Assembly: GCA_963675755.2 (NCBI GenBank)
Contig: CAXXMD010000003.1
Span: 3,360,001 to 3,424,000, forward strand
DNA: 64,000 nucleotides
Direction of reading: 5' to 3'
From: a bacterium
GTDB taxonomy: Bacteria; Zhuqueibacterota; Zhuqueibacteria; Residuimicrobiales; Krinioviventaceae
Every line of letters begins with the position of its first letter. Position 1 is the stretch's first letter. The position numbers were made by a program, and so were the translations under genes. Shown here one piece after another: positions 58,744 to 64,000 of this stretch. The notes under the pieces were generated by a model. The model was given only the letters and a program-made list of their open reading frames with translations, did no database searches and was not told where the DNA came from.

Positions 58744-58952
58744 CTTGCAACTTCCCTTCAAGAAAAGAATTGAAAAAAATGCCAGGTATTAATTAAGTAA
58801 AGTACTTTAGCATTCTTTATTATTTTCTTTCTATTGCCGAACTCTTTATTTTTTGTATCCTATTAAGAGTAGGCTGGCTATTTATATCAGTATCGGCAAA
58901 ATCCAGGGAATTTAAAGTGAAAATGAAGATAAAATTATTAATATAAGCAATT

Positions 58953-58983
58953 CAAGGCAACCTTCTTGTAGAGGGTTGCCTTG
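58953..58983 (-). terminator. Terminator hairpin
   Basis: CAAGGCAACCTTC-TTGTA-GAGGGTTGCCTTG immediately after the 58988 stop. Confidence 0.65.
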
Positions 58984-58987
58984 GAGT

Positions 58988-60796
58988 TTATTTTATATAT
59001 AAAACTTTGTGAATTTGGCTAAAATCTGTTGTCTGCATCCGCACCAGATAAGTACCGCTAGTTGCGGTTGTACCTGAATCAGTAGAACCATCCCATTGTA
59101 TAGAGTGGTCACCGGCAACTTGCTGTTGATTGAGTAATGTTTTGATCTGTCTTCCCAAAACATCATAAACTGTTAGCGTAACATGACCGTCTTTGGCCAG
59201 GTTATAATTCAGTGTTGTTGAGGGATTAAACGGATTCGGATACGCCGCAAACAGTTGTGTGGTTGAAGGTATTGTTGCTGTAACCGTTGTTGTACCAATT
59301 TCTGTTTTTGCTCCGGAAGTACATACTTCATAGAGACGATAAGTGTAATCCACTCCTGCGATAGTATTGTTATCCATAAAGCAGTACTGAGACGGGGAGG
59401 AGGTACTACCTTGTCCCGTCAGTTCCGAATGAGTTTGGTAGGAGGCAAGCTGCTGCCAGTCAGTGCTGCCGGACTTGCGATATATGACAAAACCAAGGTT
59501 GTCATTTTCGCTGGCAGTGGTCCATTCAAGATTGATGGAATTACCTTTGTTTGATGCTGTAAAGGATACCAGTTCTACGGGTAAAGCGTCGTCACCAACT
59601 TTGTACTCATATGCACCCATATCGATTGTGCCTGCTGCCCCAGTAGTTTTGTCCAGTTTGCGGTCAAATCCGTTACCGCGGATGTCATAGCTTTCGCTGC
59701 AATAGCTGTCGTAGCCGGTATCGGTACAGGGAGAAATACCGCTAATGCTGTAGGGATGAGTTGCATTATTAGAGGGTCCGACAAATTGCGGATTGGTTGT
59801 TATGCAATTGTTTGTGGCTGTTAGCGTGCCGCCATTGTTGTAAACATCACCCGCATCATTTCCATAGCAGCTAAAATTAAAAATGGGTGCTCCTGTGTCA
59901 ATATAGATTTCATTGCCATTGGTAGTACTTGAATTACCCCAAATGATACAGTTATATAATTCGGGATCAGAATTATTCGAGTATATTCCTCCTCCATTAT
60001 CAGCGGAATTACCTGTTATGGTTACATTGGTCATTTGCATGGCTGATGATAATAAGCAAATACTGCCGCCGTCACCATCACATGTGTTATCACTAATCAA
60101 ACCATTGACGAGAATAGGGGCGCCGGATGTATTATACATTGCACCACCGGACACTGTCGCATGATTGCCTGTGAATGAGCAGTTGGTCATGCTTAAACCT
60201 GATCTTGTGTTAAACATGGCACCACCGTATTTCGCTTCATTGTTTTTAAATGTAACATTTACAAGCGTTGGTGTGCAGGTATTATTATGCATCCCACCAC
60301 CATACGTATGCTCTACCACTGTTTCATAATATGCCATACCATCACTAATAGTAACACCATCAAGTACAGCTGTGTTATCCAGGCCGATACTGTTATGATA
60401 GAATACATGGTAACAATGATCACCGCCCAGGTCACCGCTTAGGATGGTTTCATTGTCCTGTCCCGGAGCATAATTGGTGCGTTCGCTCACAGCAGATTCT
60501 GTTCCTGCGAATCCACCATAGACAGTTACTCCATTGATCAATCTGAAATGGTTATAGGTAGATCTACCCCCACCAACAAGGCCATAGTCAGAAGAGGGAA
60601 CATAGGTACCTTTGGCGATCCAGATTTCATCGGGAGATGTCGCAACGTCCAGGGCTGATTGAAGAGAAGTGTAGGCGTGGGTCCAACTGGTTCCATCATT
60701 GTTGCCGCCTGCATTGATATCAACATAGATGGTGGCGCTCCATAGAGGTAGAACAATAGCAAGTGAAACAAGAACCATGAGCATAGTCTTTTTCAT
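58988..60796 (-). CDS. Secreted parallel beta-helix (pectin-lyase-like fold, choice-of-anchor-Q-like end) with LPVEL-Ig + FlgD-Ig tail
   Basis: YVD..A.G.NDGTSW..AYTSLQSAL, IWIAKGTY, N.A..GG repeats, SPC.DTG..DIRG..R..IDMGAYE; ALPVELVSFTA. Confidence 0.83.
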   Translation of the reverse strand: MKKTMLMVLVSLAIVLPLWSATIYVDINAGGNNDGTSWTHAYTSLQSALDVATSPDEIWIAKGTYVPSSDYGLVGGGRSTYNHFRLINGVTVYGGFAGTESAVSERTNYAPGQDNETILSGDLGGDHCYHVFYHNSIGLDNTAVLDGVTISDGMAYYETVVEHTYGGGMHNNTCTPTLVNVTFKNNEAKYGGAMFNTRSGLSMTNCSFTGNHATVSGGAMYNTSGAPILVNGLISDNTCDGDGGSICLLSSAMQMTNVTITGNSADNGGGIYSNNSDPELYNCIIWGNSSTTNGNEIYIDTGAPIFNFSCYGNDAGDVYNNGGTLTATNNCITTNPQFVGPSNNATHPYSISGISPCTDTGYDSYCSESYDIRGNGFDRKLDKTTGAAGTIDMGAYEYKVGDDALPVELVSFTASNKGNSINLEWTTASENDNLGFVIYRKSGSTDWQQLASYQTHSELTGQGSTSSPSQYCFMDNNTIAGVDYTYRLYEVCTSGAKTEIGTTTVTATIPSTTQLFAAYPNPFNPSTTLNYNLAKDGHVTLTVYDVLGRQIKTLLNQQQVAGDHSIQWDGSTDSGTTATSGTYLVRMQTTDFSQIHKVLYIK

Positions 60797-61037
60797 GATC
60801 AATTCCTTGTCGTTTTGATTCGCAAACTGTTTTTTTTATGGAGATTTGAAGAAAAGTAATAATGAATATAATAAATTGATTTTACAAAATCAAATCTTAA
60901 TCATTTATCCATTGGTAGAATGGTTTCATTTCAGGTTATTAATAGATTATTCAGGGCAAGTAGCCCTTGCTTTCAAATTCGAAAGTTTGTAATTTCAAGA
61001 TTAAAGATTTAAATTTTTTTATAAAGGAGGTTTGTAA

Positions 61038-63083
61038 ATGCAACATTCTCTTTTTCGTTTCTTTCTTTTGGGTACTCTATTTTTTTCATTATCTCTTGTT
61101 GCTGGCCCGTCACAACAGAAACCTTTTACGGTACATGAGCTGCTTGCTATGGACCGTGTTGGGGCACCTCAAGTCTCACCCAATGGACAGCTCATCGCTT
61201 TTTCCATACGCAAAACCAATCTTGAAAAAAACAAAGGAGAATATGATCTCTATCTTGTGGATATAAACGGGAATTCTTGCAAAAGGCTTACAACCCATCC
61301 CTCAATAGATACCAGTCCCTGCTGGTCTACGGATGGGAAATGGATTTATTTTCTCTCCACTCGGTCTGAATCCATGCAGGTATGGCGGATTCGTCCGGAT
61401 GGAGGTGAAGCTGAAGCAGTAACGCATCTTGATCTGGATATCAACGACTTTACAGTCGTTCCTTCTGGCAAAGGGCTTCTCCTTTCAATTGATGTATTTC
61501 CCGGCAAATCTATTCAAGAGACAAATGAGGCCCTGCAAGCGCGTGAAAACAATAATGCCACTGGCAAACTTTATGATCAGGCACTTTTCCGTCATTGGGA
61601 TGTATGGGCTGATGGACGTTTTGCCCATTTGTTCATTCTGGATTTTGAAACAATGATACCCGTGGATCTGATGAGTGGTATGCAAGCCAACGCGCCCACT
61701 AAACCCTGGGGTGGGATGGAAGAGGTTGCATTTACCCCGGATGGCTCTAGTGTTGTTTTTACTGCCAAGGATGTAGGCGCCCGGTCCGCCTGGTCCACAA
61801 ATTACGATTTATTCAAAGTGTCGCTCGATGGTACCCAGACTTCGGAATGTCTGACTGGAACAAATAAAGCCTGGGATACCCAGCCGACATTCTCCCCGCA
61901 CGGAAAAACCCTGGCGTATCTCGCAATGGCCAGGCCGGGATTTGAGGCAGATCAATATCATATATTGCTGCGGGATTGGCAGACAGGGGCAGTCAGAGAA
62001 CTGGCAAGCGCCTGGGACCGTTCTCCATCAGCTATTTTTTGGAGTCCGGATGGTAAGATTCTATTTGCGGTTGCTGAAAATCTGGGACAGCGTGCCCTCT
62101 TTGCTATTGATGTAAAATCAGATAAAGTGACCCCGGTGATTGAACAGGGAACCGTGCGATCTCCGGTATTTGCGGGCGAACGCATTGTGTTCGGACTGGA
62201 TCATTTGAAATCACCTGTAGAGCTTTATTCTATCCGTCCTGATGGCAAGGACCAACAACGGATTACCCATGTCAATGACGAACTGGTAAAGCAGATTGCC
62301 TGGGGTGAGCCCGAGCAGTTTACTTTTAAAGGCTGGAATGACGAAACGGTTTATGGCTATGTAGTAAAACCTGCCAATTTTGATCCTGCAAAAAAATATC
62401 CCGTGGCATTTTTAATCCACGGCGGGCCGCAAGGTTCTTTTGGCAATGATTTTCACTATCGTTGGAATCCCCAAGCCTATGCGGGTGCAGGATACGCAGC
62501 GGTAATGATCGATTTTCATGGGTCTACCGGATACGGACAGGCTTTTACCGATGCCATCCGTGAAAACTGGGGCAGCCGACCTTTTGAGGATTTGCAAAAA
62601 GGACTTGCGGCAGCCCTGGAGAAATATTCGTGGTTAGATGGGGAGAGGGTAGGCGCTCTTGGTGCATCCTACGGCGGATATATGATCAACTGGATTGCGG
62701 GCAACTGGCCTGACCGGTTCAAGTGTTTAGTCAATCATGATGGTAATTTTGATATTCGTATGGCGTATTTTGATACAGAAGAACTCTGGTTTCCCGAGTG
62801 GGAGCATGGAGGTACACCCTGGGACAAACCTGAAGGTTATGAGGAGCATAATCCTGTAAATTATGTTGATAAATGGAAAACACCCATGCTCGTTGTGCAC
62901 AGTGATCTGGATTATCGTGTACCGGTTACCCAGGGCATTGGAGCATTCAACGCTTTACAGCGCAAAGGGATTCCAAGTCAGTTCCTCTGTTTCCCGGATG
63001 AAAACCATTGGATACTCAAACCTCACAATTCTATATTGTGGCACGAAACGGTTATTGGTTGGCTGGACAAGTGGTTAAAATAG
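61038..63083 (+). CDS. S9-family serine peptidase (dipeptidyl-peptidase 5-like)
   Basis: RBS AAGGAGG, signal peptide, beta-propeller repeats (SPDG), IHGGPQG, GASYGG, DYRVP, DENHW. Confidence 0.92.
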   Translation: MQHSLFRFFLLGTLFFSLSLVAGPSQQKPFTVHELLAMDRVGAPQVSPNGQLIAFSIRKTNLEKNKGEYDLYLVDINGNSCKRLTTHPSIDTSPCWSTDGKWIYFLSTRSESMQVWRIRPDGGEAEAVTHLDLDINDFTVVPSGKGLLLSIDVFPGKSIQETNEALQARENNNATGKLYDQALFRHWDVWADGRFAHLFILDFETMIPVDLMSGMQANAPTKPWGGMEEVAFTPDGSSVVFTAKDVGARSAWSTNYDLFKVSLDGTQTSECLTGTNKAWDTQPTFSPHGKTLAYLAMARPGFEADQYHILLRDWQTGAVRELASAWDRSPSAIFWSPDGKILFAVAENLGQRALFAIDVKSDKVTPVIEQGTVRSPVFAGERIVFGLDHLKSPVELYSIRPDGKDQQRITHVNDELVKQIAWGEPEQFTFKGWNDETVYGYVVKPANFDPAKKYPVAFLIHGGPQGSFGNDFHYRWNPQAYAGAGYAAVMIDFHGSTGYGQAFTDAIRENWGSRPFEDLQKGLAAALEKYSWLDGERVGALGASYGGYMINWIAGNWPDRFKCLVNHDGNFDIRMAYFDTEELWFPEWEHGGTPWDKPEGYEEHNPVNYVDKWKTPMLVVHSDLDYRVPVTQGIGAFNALQRKGIPSQFLCFPDENHWILKPHNSILWHETVIGWLDKWLK

Positions 63084-63201
63084 TAGGTCTATAATTGCTG
63101 CACCTCCGGGAGACAACTCCGGTTTGTTAAAAAGTTACGAAACCATATTGCGGGGGGTAGTACTTGACCATATTAGATGGGGAAATTCGGACGGATAGAA
63201 A

Positions 63202-63236
63202 AAGTTACCAGACACCCTTGAGGTGCCTGGTAACTT
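63202..63236. repeat. Palindrome between convergent genes, related to the third module of the island repeat
   Basis: AAGTTACCAGACACC-CTTGA-GGTGCCTGGTAACTT; compare TTACCAGGCAC...TGTCTGGTAAC at 23948-23977. Confidence 0.6.
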
Positions 63237-63254
63237 GAATGCTGTGTATTGATC

Positions 63255-64000
63255 TTATGGCACCTGAGAACTGATACCGCTATTGGGTTTGACCACCAGA
63301 TAATCAGTTGCGTTAACACTGCCATTCATGTTACAGTCCGAGGGATCATAACTTGTAGATCCGCTTTGACCTTTGATAGAGAGATAATCGGTTGCGTTTA
63401 TAATGCCGCTGTTATTTGCATCACCGCAGAACATGCCGTAAATTCCGATTTCTAACTGTGCAGCGCTGCCACCGTAATATTTGTCATAGGGTGTTGATTC
63501 ATCTATAGTGAAATCATAGGTTGTCAGAGTACCGCTTAAACTCTGCGCTGTGGCGCTCATGATTGCCAGATGGTTACGGTGACGAATGACGATGTAATAG
63601 TCGCTCGGGGCCAGACCTGTGAGGGTGAGACTGGTTTCGGTACCATCGTCCTCAGCCAGATAGCCGTCGCTGCGCAGGAGATACGAGCGGCTGTAAACGG
63701 CTTCACCATCTACAGTTGAGCGTAATTCCAGACAGACCCAGTCGGTAATGCCTTCGGGGATGCTGCCCGCATTACGATTGTCAGAATAGCAAGAGGTTGC
63801 GGGAATAATGCCTGCCAGATTTGTACACATATTATGGACGTCGTTGTCATAGGGGCCTTGCAGATATACTTTGACAGCAAGTTGGGGATCACCTTCGTCA
63901 GTGGTAAACGATTTTACACCACCATAAAATGTACCGTAACAATTGGAACAAAAGGTGCGATAATAATATGTGTTGTTGGGAGAAAGCCCGGTCACCGTTC
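63255..64000 (-). CDS. 3' part of a probable surface protein: FN3-like end + beta-domain + dockerin-like double Ca-binding loop (start lies outside the window)
   Basis: TGLSPNNTYYYR..YG..KSFTT, VKVYLQGPY, YYIVIRHRNHLAIMS, GDANNSGIINATDY...DCNMNGSVNATDY; frame is open at the window edge. Confidence 0.75.
   Translation of the reverse strand, partial: TVTGLSPNNTYYYRTFCSNCYGTFYGGVKSFTTDEGDPQLAVKVYLQGPYDNDVHNMCTNLAGIIPATSCYSDNRNAGSIPEGITDWVCLELRSTVDGEAVYSRSYLLRSDGYLAEDDGTETSLTLTGLAPSDYYIVIRHRNHLAIMSATAQSLSGTLTTYDFTIDESTPYDKYYGGSAAQLEIGIYGMFCGDANNSGIINATDYLSIKGQSGSTSYDPSDCNMNGSVNATDYLVVKPNSGISSQVP

Overview
Bacterial chromosomal window, standard genetic code, moderately AT-rich. The style of its secreted proteins (LPVEL-Ig + YPNPFNP/FlgD-Ig tails) suggests an FCB-group lineage such as KSB1 or Calditrichota; this is inference only. 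1-22 kb is mostly housekeeping: rex-serC-serA (two Rex boxes upstream) divergent from polA, an RsbW/STAS-mlaE-mlaF-mlaD-pqiC-like operon, a PAS hybrid kinase, a TetR-TolC-HlyD-ABC efflux operon and mutM. 22-27 kb is an AT-rich cassette-like island (trypsin-like protease, PD-(D/E)xK-like protein, orphan HigA, BrnT/CopG-type TA pair) punctuated by four co-oriented composite palindromic repeats. 27-64 kb is a surface-protein island: sulfatase, esterase, three membrane-bound regulatory systems, and an array of secreted proteins with variable N-terminal passengers (GLUG, LamG, beta-helix, choice-of-anchor D) on a shared ~190-aa C-terminal cassette, plus a pectinesterase and two decayed members. The best candidate for an undescribed system is an operon of three phage-tail-collar (MdpB-like) paralogs plus a sorting-domain protein. 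It has no phage genes nearby, and its upstream 21-bp-period direct repeat recurs near the HTCS gene 12 kb away. No rRNA, tRNA, CRISPR array, integrase, transposase or reverse transcriptase was recognised.
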